A model generated the notes under the pieces. The model ran no database searches. It was given only the letters and a program-made list of their open reading frames with translations, and had not been told where the DNA came from. A stretch of 64,000 nt of DNA from Phoronis australis (taxonomy: Eukaryota > Animalia > Phoronida): assembly GCA_002633005.1 (NCBI GenBank), contig NMRA01000211.1:164262-228261 (forward strand), read 5' to 3'. Each line of letters starts with the position of its first letter. Position 1 is the first letter of the stretch. Below, piece by piece: positions 39,348 to 64,000 of this stretch. A program made the translations under genes and the position numbers.

Positions 39348-40433
39348 TATAATAATGTACAGTGAAGAAGTAAAGTATAACTTGTGAAATGCTCACAGAT
39401 CTGGTATGTGAAACTATCTTCTACTAAATGTCAAAAAAATTTACCACACTCGCTACATTTGATATATGCGAATTTGCAAACACTTATTGCAATAAAGCAT
39501 CTTACTAACACTGTGTGTAATACAGAAATGCTAATTGCATTATTTTACTTTACCTCCACCAGAGAGTATGAAAAGCTCTTTTTTTCTGTAACTATGGTAA
39601 TATACTGGTAAATAAGACAAGTAGAATAGACATGGAGATGTTGGATATGAGTATTAAGATCTTTAAAACACCGTCTTGATGTTTACTGCTAATAGAAGAA
39701 ATCTGAGAGTATGGCATGGACTAGAACTACTGTTTAAGTGAAAACTTACTTCTAAAAGGTATTTAACATTAAGTTAAGAATTTGTGGATAATAAATGCTG
39801 CATTTCTTGTGTGAGAGACGAGATTCCTCAGTAGCTGGATGTTGGTAGTAGTGTTTGATAGCAACCACAAGGTGGCATTTTGGTAGACATTTTTCCCACA
39901 ATCCTGTTGTACACTTGCCTTAGGAACAAGATGATTGAGTACTAAAGTAAAACTTATCATAAGACAGTTTAATCATTGCTGCCACAAATTAGGTAATCTG
40001 TACTTAGTACCACTTGGGTCTGGTTAACTTGTGCAAGCAACTGGCTTTGTGTGTGGGAATGGTGTCATGCGCACTCTCCTTCCACAACATTGTGCAGAGC
40101 TGAGCTTCTACACTGACAATGCTAGCAGGTTGGATCACTGTTACAGCATGACTGTACATGCGATTTTGAACTAGTAACTAAAATTATGCGGGTAGGTTAC
40201 GATAAAGTCTCGCTAATTTTGGATAAAAATAATTGGCACTCGTCTTCTAATGTTATTGTGAATTTCCAATTTCAAAAAATATTAGATGTTTGCAAAATTC
40301 GAAATGCAGAAACGGTATTTATTTAAAAAAATATTTACTTGTCCACCATGTTGTGTCCTTACTCAGTGAGATTTTTTCATAAGCACTGAAAATTGCAACC
40401 CTAGTTCAAGAGTTGCTTGAATGCCAAGTGCTT

Positions 40434-42398
40434 TTAAGACCTGTTGTGCGCGCGCATGTGTGAAGCTAGGCCAGCGCCACTCTTGAACTCACGACCACAT
40501 AGGGTACAGGTTAAGTTGTTAGACGATCTGCTTTGGGGCTGGGGATTGGCAGGCTTCGGCATTTGGTGAGTGGAAGTGGGGTAATAACCAACATTTGGAC
40601 GAACCTGCATAGGACTTTGGTCATAAGTTGGTGAAGCCTGGTGTGTACGCATGTGCGATGCTAGACCAGCTTCACTTTTGCACTCACGGCCGCACACTGT
40701 GCAGGTCAGGTCGCGTTCGGGTTTGGTATACTTAGGCATTGGATTAATATCAACTTGATGGCGGACGTTGGGAGTGATGTGCTCAGGCTCATCAGCTCGT
40801 GAACCCTGATGTGTACGCATGTGTGAGGCCAGACCAGCCGCACTTTTGCAATCACGGCTGCAAACAGTGCAAGTCAAATTCCGTTGGGGTTTGTGATTGG
40901 CATTGCTAGGCATTTGGTAATTGTTAGACTCGTAGCGATTGGTGGGAGTGATGTGCTCAGGCTCATCAGCTCGTGAACCCTGATGCGTGCGCATGTGTGA
41001 GGCCAGACCAGCCGCACTCTTGCAATCACGGCCGCAAACAGTGCAAGTCAAATTCCGTTGGGGTTTTGGATTGGCAGTCTTAGGGATTTGGTAATTATTA
41101 GACTGATAGCGATTGCTTGGAGTGATGTGGTCAGGCCCATCAGCTCGTGAACCCTGATGTGTGCGCATGTGTGAAGCCAAACCTGCCGCACTCTTGCAAT
41201 CACGGCCGCATACAGTGCAAGTCAAATTCTGCCGGGGTTTGGGATTGGCGTGCTTAGGGATTTGGTCAATATTAGTTGCATACTGAGCGTCTAGAGTCAT
41301 ATGTTCAGGTATTTGCTCATAAACTATTGCGTCGTCTCGGAGCACAGGAGTTTTACTCCTCAATATTCTTTGATCATGCTCTTGTTGACCTTCATGTGTA
41401 CACATGTGTGACACTAGACCTGTTCTACTTCTACACTCATGGCCACACACGGTACACTTAAGGTGCTTTGAAAGATTTTGACTAGCCAGAATGATACTTC
41501 CGTTCTTCAGATCACCATGCGTACGACTGTGCGCTGCTAGGCCTGGTCTGGTACGATACACGTCACCGCATATCGTGCATGTTAGGTTGTTATTGTCTTG
41601 GTTTGAGTTAAGTGTATCCTTTCTGGTTCCTGGGCCGTCATGATTTGTCATCTGATGGAATACTGCGAACAAAGGTCTGTGGTCAAAGCAGTCATACTTT
41701 GCGCCAACCTTTACATTGAAAACATCACTCCTTGGTCCGTTGTACAGGAAATAACCTACCATTTCCTTCTTCTTTTCAGTTGGCTGCTTAGTATAGAGAT
41801 GATACTCTGGGAAGTCTTCGTCTAAAATATCTTGCGCGTATCTACGTGTAAAATTAAAGTCGCCCCAAATAAGTATATTGCATTGTGCGATTCTACTTTC
41901 CTTTTCCAGCAGTGTAAGAAGTTGCCTGAAGACACATTCTTTCTCAACTTGCTCTAGGTTCTGCGGGCCATGATAGGTAGCAACGAGTAGATTAGTATCA
42001 GGCTTTCCTTTTGAAGACATCCTTCTAATAAAAAGCCTGCTTGGAAATTCGCCAGTTGGTGTCAGATCTCCACTGTCTTGTAGTCGGTGATATGTGCTGC
42101 GGAAGTCATATGACTCAACAACTAGGCTATTCTCATTGAAAATGAAACCATTGTATCCCTCAACACTGTCTTTCATTCCTTCCCACATGCGGTATGATCC
42201 GGGTCGCAAGTCATCTGCCCTTTTGTTGATGTAGTCGTTCAAGTTGTTGAAACTGGATAACTCCTGCACGAACACTAAATCGGGCTGTCTGGCTTTTAGT
42301 AGTTCATAAATATAATCGTATCTGTCCACCACAGTGCCTTCGTTGCCATCAGCATTCAGGCTGATTATATTATAACCTTGATGGAACCCAGTTGCCAT
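40434..42398 (-). CDS. EEP (DNase-I/APE-like) domain fused to seven widely spaced C2H2 zinc fingers, 654 aa, single coding exon
   Basis: Open frame with EEP motifs ISLNADG, DLVFVQE, TYHGP, WGDFN and FDHRPL, plus seven CxxC-x12-HxxxH fingers. ATG at 42398, splice acceptor cattttcctctccatttcag ending at 42477, AATAAA at 40318-40323. Confidence 0.88.
   Translation of the reverse strand: MATGFHQGYNIISLNADGNEGTVVDRYDYIYELLKARQPDLVFVQELSSFNNLNDYINKRADDLRPGSYRMWEGMKDSVEGYNGFIFNENSLVVESYDFRSTYHRLQDSGDLTPTGEFPSRLFIRRMSSKGKPDTNLLVATYHGPQNLEQVEKECVFRQLLTLLEKESRIAQCNILIWGDFNFTRRYAQDILDEDFPEYHLYTKQPTEKKKEMVGYFLYNGPRSDVFNVKVGAKYDCFDHRPLFAVFHQMTNHDGPGTRKDTLNSNQDNNNLTCTICGDVYRTRPGLAAHSRTHGDLKNGSIILASQNLSKHLKCTVCGHECRSRTGLVSHMCTHEGQQEHDQRILRSKTPVLRDDAIVYEQIPEHMTLDAQYATNIDQIPKHANPKPRQNLTCTVCGRDCKSAAGLASHMRTHQGSRADGPDHITPSNRYQSNNYQIPKTANPKPQRNLTCTVCGRDCKSAAGLASHMRTHQGSRADEPEHITPTNRYESNNYQMPSNANHKPQRNLTCTVCSRDCKSAAGLASHMRTHQGSRADEPEHITPNVRHQVDINPMPKYTKPERDLTCTVCGRECKSEAGLASHMRTHQASPTYDQSPMQVRPNVGYYPTSTHQMPKPANPQPQSRSSNNLTCTLCGREFKSGAGLASHMRAHNRS
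40770..41250 (-). repeat. 174-bp (58-aa) coding tandem repeat, one zinc finger per unit
   Basis: LTCTVCxRDCKSAAGLASHMRTHQGSRAD occurs three times at 58-aa spacing. Confidence 0.9.
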
Positions 42399-42971
42399 GT
42401 TTGATGTACACGCAGAAGTAGTGAGAATTAAAGTGTTTTTCAATCCCTTTTGTCTAGTTTGCGCATACGATCAATTCTGAAATGGAGAGGAAAATGTTTT
42501 AGAAACAGAGATTGGTGGATATTGAAGTAATATAAGAAACCTTAAAAATATATATACCGATATACATATAAAAAACGTTCTTTCAATACAAAGTCAAGCC
42601 TCTTGCATGTAACACTTGACTGAATGATGAAGTTTTGTAGTTGCTAAATGAGTCAAATGAAAGAAATCAAAAACGGCTGGAGTTATTCCACCTCTGGTGG
42701 CTCTGGGATGTCTTGAGGGGCAACATAATTTTGAAATTGAAATTTTCATGCATTTCTGTCATAGCGTTTTTCTTTGGTCATGCCCAGCCCTCCCTAAATT
42801 CGCCTATGGCCCTAGTATAAAAATGTCCACTGATGTCTCTGTTGACGCTTAATGTGATAAAGACAAGTCATTTACCATTTGCTTTATGTCTTGTGTTTTA
42901 ACATTAAAGGGAGGGCAGGTGTAAGATTGATCACCAAGATCGTACCTAATGGAATCACAAACATGGAACAT

Positions 42972-43240
42972 ATTAATAAGAACAACCACGGTTTTAAATC
43001 GACTTGACATGTTTCGGTGTTATTTATTCAAACACCATCATCACAGGTTGTCATAGTTGGTCCAGTTTATTGTTAGTCCCTGTAACTGACTGTATCTGTG
43101 TTTCATTACTTGTTGCTTGGCCTAGCTAGGTGGCCACTATATTCTCTCTTCTGATGATGGTGTTTCCATAAATAACACCGAAACATGTCAAGCCGATGTA
43201 AAACCGTGGTTGTTTTTATGAACATATGCTACTACTTGCT
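42972..43240. mobile_element. Inverted pair of Penelope-like terminal fragments with a 12-bp flanking direct repeat
   Basis: Arms 42981-43043 and 43152-43214 are reverse complements. AACATGGAACAT occurs at 42960 and 43241. Confidence 0.7.
43146..43194 (+). ncRNA. Minimal type I hammerhead ribozyme motif (Penelope-type)
   Basis: CUU-CUGAUGA-U-GGUGUU/AACACC (stem II)-GAAA-CAUG-UC-AAG. The palindromic loop III is typical of Penelope-like element hammerheads. Confidence 0.75.
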
Positions 43241-46200
43241 AACATGGAACATTGATAACTTGTATGTTCTGAGTTCCAAAAACAGATCAGTTACTAGGAA
43301 TGGCAGCATCATTGAAACCTGAAACTGGACAACAATACACTGATTATAATGAACATCATTAGGCTGTTAAAGATGTTATTGTACACATTTGTGTTATGTC
43401 TGGGTAGTAATTAATCTGATAGTACCTGTGTTGTAGTGGGGCATAGGCGCACGTAGGCGTAGCCAACCACCTTTTGGCGTTTGAAGGCAACGCCTACGCA
43501 CCGTAAGTTACGTTCAGTGCTCAAAGTGATACGGTGGGCTTCGGGCACCTACTTACCTCTACTTTTACCACTACAGCACTGGATAATACCCATAAAGTAC
43601 TTACAGTTTTGGAAGGATTGGACGTCCTTTAAACTGCCAGCTTGGTTATCTCCACTTCTAAGAAAAATCCATGCTTAGAAAGTGCTATTTTTAACTCATC
43701 CAGACACAATGCATGACCTGACATTGTTTCATTACAATGTGGGAGAGCACAGTTTGCACTCCAGGCTAAATGGAAATGTTATTTGTTCAGTGCTGGGTTA
43801 CTATGCTTCAATTCAATTGCTGGGTTAAAAGATACTTGCAATGATAAAGGTATGAGTCCCATCCATGTCAGTGTTTCCCCTGAGTTTCATTCAATAGTGA
43901 ATAGTCCAAGCGAATGCCGAGCTGGACGCCCCAATGAAGTGTCATTATGTCAATGTATGAAGAGTTTTGTATCAATATAACATATTTTAATCACCAATTA
44001 AAGCTGCGATAGGAAGGGGATGCTGGGACACGACTTCTACAGGACAACTACGTTTTAGAATTGAATTCTCTGGCTCTAGGCACACTCGTAGAACAAAAAA
44101 TGTTTGAACCCGTTTAGACCTGATTAACTAGGTTGTATAATGAAACTTCCATTACTATTGTTGATTATATTCTTGCTAAATGCAGATCAGTTGCATTGGC
44201 ATTAGCCGGCATTGCAGCAGACGATTTATCCATCTATTCCATGCAGTGGACTACTGAGATAGTTAAACTATCATTTGACTATTTTGTGCAATATAATTCA
44301 CGTTGTTATGCACGTCTTTTGCAAATGTGAACACAATAAAACGAATAAAAGTTACTGTTTCTCCACCAAATTCATCAGTGTTCACTAGCGCTTTGCTGTA
44401 GTTGAAAACTTTAATGCCAATGTCGTTGCCTGGTCCCTGCCTGTTTTCTTACTATTGGATAACCAGGCAGTACCGAACGTCTTGTCACTAAGGGAATGCA
44501 AAGAAGGAAAGGGGATAAAATGATTTTGTGTAACCATGGCAAAACCTCAAGATCCCAATTTGAATTATTGTTTTTCTCATTCGATCCACAAACATCGACA
44601 GTTGCCATGAAACTTATGTATTACGTGTTCAGTTTTAACAGAGATTTTTGCTTAGCGATGCAGTTTTCGTGTCAGGATTAGGAGTTTGTCAGTCAATTTG
44701 GGTAAAATCATGAGTGGCGGAGCAAAAAAAGAGCCACCCAGATTTTTACACAGAGGGAAATATTTTATGTACCACTGTCAAAGACCTTTGCGTGCCAACT
44801 TCTTTTAGTAGCAGAGGAGTCGCCATGTAAACTTAGTTGAATCTCTGACATTGGTTTCAGTAATAAGTTTGCCAACACCGAAATTATTACACTTTGATGT
44901 GTTTGGCATCGAAGTTATCACAAGATGGCAGTCCAAAAATGTCATGCAGACATAATCTTTATAAATTTGCAGGGTCCTCGTTCACCTGGGGGGAAGGTGC
45001 CTGTGCCTTATGGGAGAGGAATTTTTTCAGAAGAGGGTAAAATTCTACCCCATATCGCCTGTTCCTCAAGTAGCCAATCCTCTTGTTTTGCCTAGTGCTT
45101 TAGCAAGGCTGTTTTTCACCATGTGTGTAAACAATTTGAATAAACTTGAGATATACTCTTGAGAATTGGATTTGTACTATTAAACTTTAATTGACTGGGT
45201 ATTTGTCAATCTTCTTCACTACACCGTCCAGTTCATGACAAGCATTTTACACCAACAACTTTTCTTAGAAATAGATTATGCATAGTAGGGGTGTGGGGTA
45301 GTGACCTCTGAACTCCCTCTAAGTACTTCCTTTGCTCAGTGAGTTCTGTGTAATCACCCTCCATTTCTGATAAACTAATCCAATTTCTGTTCTCCACTAA
45401 CTGAGGATGTAATTGTACCGTAAACACTGGAAAAACATGCTTATGAGCTGGATTTCACAGCAAAAAACAGTCTGAAGCCATAGGAACGGGGTCTGTGTGA
45501 GTAAAGGTGATTCTAACCTTGATGGGAATTTTTAATCTTTGGAGGGTAATTTTGAGACCTTGTGTGAGGAATTTCATGTGATTTGTAAATATTAATCAGA
45601 GTTAAATGGGGTCAATATCCAGCTAAGATCAAAATATCGAGGGCTGTGACAGGGTTGAATAATAAATGAAATGAAGGACATATTATATAGCAGAGTCATG
45701 TGAAACTTTCACATACTATGCTTTGTGTGCTGTTTTCCAAACAGCTGTTAGAAATTGTTTTAAAATGTTTTACTTTTACCTCAGGAGCTATCAAAAATGG
45801 GACTTAAACATTTTTCTAAAATATCAAAAATTGCATAAATTAAGAAAAATTTTAACTCAATAAAAGTGTTCATTTCTAAAAGCAGAATTGCCTGTAGTGA
45901 TCAAGCTTTTTGAGTAAAATTTAGCAAAAAGGTAAATTCATAGCAAAACAACGGTAACATCAACATTGCCAAGTTTCATTTGATGTAAGTGTTGTCATTT
46001 TTTCATTTTATGCAACTTTTAACCCAGCTCCAGTGATTTTCACATCTGCCTTATCCCACCTACTGTCACTAGGAACATCTTTAAATCAAACAGAAGAGAC
46101 TTCATGAGTTCTGAAAATACGTATCCTCATAAGTCCTCTGAGGTGTCTCTGAAGGGTGTCTTCAGAGCTTACATGATTTTTGTGTTGTATAGTTTTGCTG

Positions 46201-46348
46201 ATCTTGCAACCAAGGGTGGTAAATTTTGAACAGGCTTTTCAGGTGGGACCATTGCACTGATCACTTGAAACCATTTTTATGGTTTATTAATATATAGTTA
46301 AAACTGAGCTGAGGAGCTAGAGATCCGACTCGAGGGTCTAGCAGTGCG

Positions 46349-46418
46349 CCCTAGTGGGACTTGAACCCATGACTTTCTGTGAAGGAAGCAGACGCTTATC
46401 TCACTAGACCACACGGCC
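46349..46418 (-). mobile_element. tRNA-derived SINE head
   Basis: Minus strand GGCCGTGTGGTCTAGTG...GGGTTCAAGTCCC gives A and B boxes; the acceptor and anticodon stems are imperfect. Confidence 0.6.
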
Positions 46419-46544
46419 TCCTCTTTGAACAGTGCTTGAGAATGTTTTTTAACTGGATGGATGAATAATACTATTCATCAACATCACTTGTTTTATTACT
46501 CATTTCTAAGTGAGATACTGAATGATTTTTGCAGAATCGTAAAG

Positions 46545-60600
<14,056 letters not shown>

Positions 60601-61695
60601 AAGATAGGGCTCACTTTACAGGGTGATCTTAACATTTTTTCCTGTTCACTGTTTGTGGGCCAAAAGGCTTGTGGTATAAAATCTCAGTAAATGGCAGTGC
60701 AGGGTGATAAATGTGGCTTTTTGTTATTGTGCACATCTGTACTTAATACATGTCGCTGGCCTGTGCCCTGTGTTATATACTGTATATTTATCTAGATATT
60801 GAGAAGAATCTGAAAGTGACTGCAGACGACACCTTGAAAAAACTTTCAAATGGAGATTTTCCAGACATGTGGCACTTTGTCCGCAACACCTAAAATCACT
60901 GGCAAATGCAGTACACTCCAAAAGCATTTAGACAAAATGATCGTCAATTCCCCATCATGAATTCGTCAGAGTGGTCTTCTTAAAGAACGAGGACAAAGGA
61001 GAATTGACAGGAAAGTTAGTAATGTGACTAAGCCATTTTGTAATTAGAATTTTGCAGCTTTGATGGTTTTTACCAGTCATTTTTGCTGTTGACTGAATTA
61101 GCCGCCATGATGGGGAAAATTTATTTTGTCTGACTTGTCTTTTACTGTTTTCTTGGATTAAGATAATTCTCAACCAAACTTGTCAAGACATAGAAATCTT
61201 TACGATGACATCGACACTATGAAGCAAGATCACTTCTTTCATATAGGGGTCTAGAGTCCTTTTGAGATTTATGTGACAATTCTTCCCCCAGTGTAAACAT
61301 TATATATTATCAAAAGTAGTGTTTATGTGTGACTGACACCATAGTCAAACATTGTCTATAAATTCTTTTAGAAATTGGGGAATTTTATTGTTCATGTATT
61401 ATCTTGTCTTATTTTTGTCACAAATGTCACAAAGTGCTTCCTTTCCCTGTAAGGTTATTGTGAACTTTTTACTAAAAGTTTGAAAATTACCCCATTTTGA
61501 GAACTTATGAATATGAGGCACAGTTTTTTAGCTTTGCCATTGAGATGAAGTTGACAATGACAGCTTTGCTGGTAAAATGTATGTGCACATGTGCCATAGT
61601 CTGTTAGAAAACAACTTCAAACAGTGTCATCAAGATCGTGAATGACAATTGACACATGAAAATTCATTTTGTCCATCCACAAAAGTGGTAAATAC

Positions 61696-61944
61696 CTGCC
61701 CTTCCTGATGTCTTCCTCAGTGCATACTAAGTGGTGTTATACACAGGATGTTGTTATATGTTGCGCTGACTTTATATCTGCCCTCGTCATGGTTCATGGG
61801 TGACCTCTCTTTCATGATCCGGAAAGAGAGTTCATTCATGAACAGTGACGAGGGCGGACATAAATTTAGAGCAACATATAACAACATCCTGTGTCGTGCA
61901 CAGCGCCATCTAGTATGCATTGATGAAGACATCAGGAAGGGCAG
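61696..61944. repeat. ~250-bp imperfect foldback palindrome
   Basis: CTGCCCTTCCTGATGTCTTC...CAGGATGTTGTTATATGTTGC pairs with GCAACATATAACAACATCCTG...GAAGACATCAGGAAGGGCAG up to a short loop near 61818. Confidence 0.88.
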
Positions 61945-64000
61945 ATCATGGTAGGGCAGATGTCCAAAATTTCTGCAGGTATTTACCAGTTTTTGGATGG
62001 AAAAAATGAATTTCCCTGTGTCAGAAAAGAACTTCTTTCTATGAAGGCAAATGAGAAACCAACAAAAGTAACTGGAGGCTAAGTGACATGTAAAGGATGT
62101 GTCCAAATAGTTGGTAAGAAAAAAATCATTTTGCCTCTGAATATGTTCATTATATTCTTACAATATTGTCAGGTTTGTACATTGTGCATATCCATATGGT
62201 AATTCCTTGCCTGTTCATCACCCAATATGGCAGACAAGGGAACTTTTTGTCAAATTTCAACAAAAATTTCAGCATGTTAGGTTGGTTCATTATAAGCAGA
62301 TGTCATAAACAACATGTTTTAAAGTCTCTTACTTCAAGATAGTCACTCTTTAAACAATAGAAAAATGACAGTTTTGGCAATTATTTTTGGTAGAAATAAG
62401 TGAAGAATTATAATTGCACTTGGAAATGTGGACTTAGTTAACCATAATTCCATTTTGGCCTTCAGTGTATGTTTCTTCTAGAAGAAAACAAATCCAGTGC
62501 ACGTGGAGAAGGGGTTGTTGCTTAAGTTTCTGAACCTAATATGGATAATCTTGAAGTGAAACGGAATTGTTTGTATGTTATACATTGAAACATATCATGC
62601 TCTTTAATCTCATATGAGACAACTCCTACGCTAACATTTGGGGTGTTGTTATCCCAACGCCTAAGACAGACTGTGACTAACCGATCCTAATAGATTCACA
62701 AATTAATGCTTGTTGCTTCAGCCACGATCCTGAAGAAAACCTTGCTAATTTCTCTTTTTATGCAAAGGTGGCTTCTATTTTAAAAACAGTCGTGTTGGTT
62801 GGTTGTCTTATTGTTTGTTGTTTTACTTTGAAACTCGTACGCTAAACAGGCGTGTTGGTTCACGACCACAATTATCTCATTCAGCACGTTCAGCCATCAC
62901 TTTGCTGGATACTCTGGGGTAAACAGTGCAAATCCTGTTAGCGTAAGATTTGCCTAATAGGGGCACAAAAATACCCAAAGCCCTGTGTCCTTGTGCTCTG
63001 TAGCAATAATTGCAGCAAAGTCTGAGACAATAAAATACCAATCTATGCAACATGTTTGTGGAGAAGTTGCGAAAACTCCTAAAACTTTTCAAGTTTCAAT
63101 TTCAAGCATTTCAAAACCAACCAAAAATCCCCCGGTAGTAAAAAATTAATGTCAAAATGATAATTTTTAACAACTTCACCTCAAGCCCTTGATAGGTTAA
63201 ACTTGTGCACCACTGATGCGCATCAGATAGTGTGTCATTCAATTGAAGAGATTCTGAATTAAAGAGTTTGTTGTATGCATGGAATTTCTCTAGGCATAAT
63301 GCAAGTGACACTCTCTTGGAAAAGCATTCTTATTTTTCACTGGACAACCAGATGTTTGGTGAAATCAGTGGATGATGATATGGTGCTTTGAATGTTGTTT
63401 GAATTATTGTTAAGTTGGTGGAAATGTTTATGTAGTATCGTTGTGCTAAAATTTTAAGATTTTCTGCATTTTGTGATAAAAGATTATGTAATATGCAATT
63501 TTGTAAAAGTGCACGTAACAGTCACTATAGCCGTATTAAATGGGACCACAGTAAGTTCATTGTTTTTTTTGCACACACAGACAAATCAGTGGGTGCATGT
63601 TCATGTCACATAGCGTCTGTCCACAGTGCCTTCATTTTGTTAATGAGTCAAGTCAGTTGGCTGTGTGTCGGGGCGTATGACCGAAATGATTTCTTCCTGT
63701 CTTAAAGTGGCATTAAACCAGTACATTCTGTCAAAAAATTAAGTTTTGATTTAGGCCACTCACCACTAAGGAATTGGTCTATTCTCATTCCGTATTCTGT
63801 TTGGAAGTGATTTCAGGGGGTTGGGAAGATCTGGCAGTCCTTAAGTTCTTTCGACTAAGCCCTGAAACCACCTCCAACTTGTACTGATAGAAACAAGTTG
63901 ATATTAATTTCATAACGTTTGAGTGTCTAAATCAGTTCTTGTTGTGAGGAAAAGTATTTGTATAGTATGATATACTTTGAAAAAGCTTTTATTCTAGAAT

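Noticed and set aside
40434-42398. TFIIIA or a 5S-targeting retrotransposon, given the nearby 5S array
   Set aside because: The fingers are widely spaced and unlike TFIIIA, there is no RT, and the gene is ~39 kb from the array.
42399-42443. TTG start of the 669-aa ORF
   Set aside because: In a eukaryotic gene the first in-frame ATG after the acceptor, at 42398, is the likelier start.

Overview
Animal (bilaterian invertebrate, probably lophotrochozoan; inference) genomic window with assembly gaps. It opens at the edge of a 5S rDNA tandem array (two 5S genes, 806-bp unit). About 38 kb of transposon-derived sequence follows: THAP and Kolobok-like remnants, MITEs with 5- and 6-bp TSDs, a decayed spliced MULE-like transposase, and a cluster of nested Helentron-type (HINE/DINE-1-like) elements. 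The central repeats of those elements carry about 30 co-oriented CTCF-consensus motifs, one every ~150 bp. An intact minus-strand gene (40434-42398) encodes an EEP/DNase-I-like nuclease domain fused to seven widely spaced C2H2 zinc fingers, with no reverse transcriptase. A Penelope-type minimal hammerhead ribozyme lies just upstream of it. The last third holds an 11-coding-exon ACK1/TNK2-family tyrosine kinase gene (46545-60600, + strand). All calls are from reading the sequence by eye; no database searches were run.
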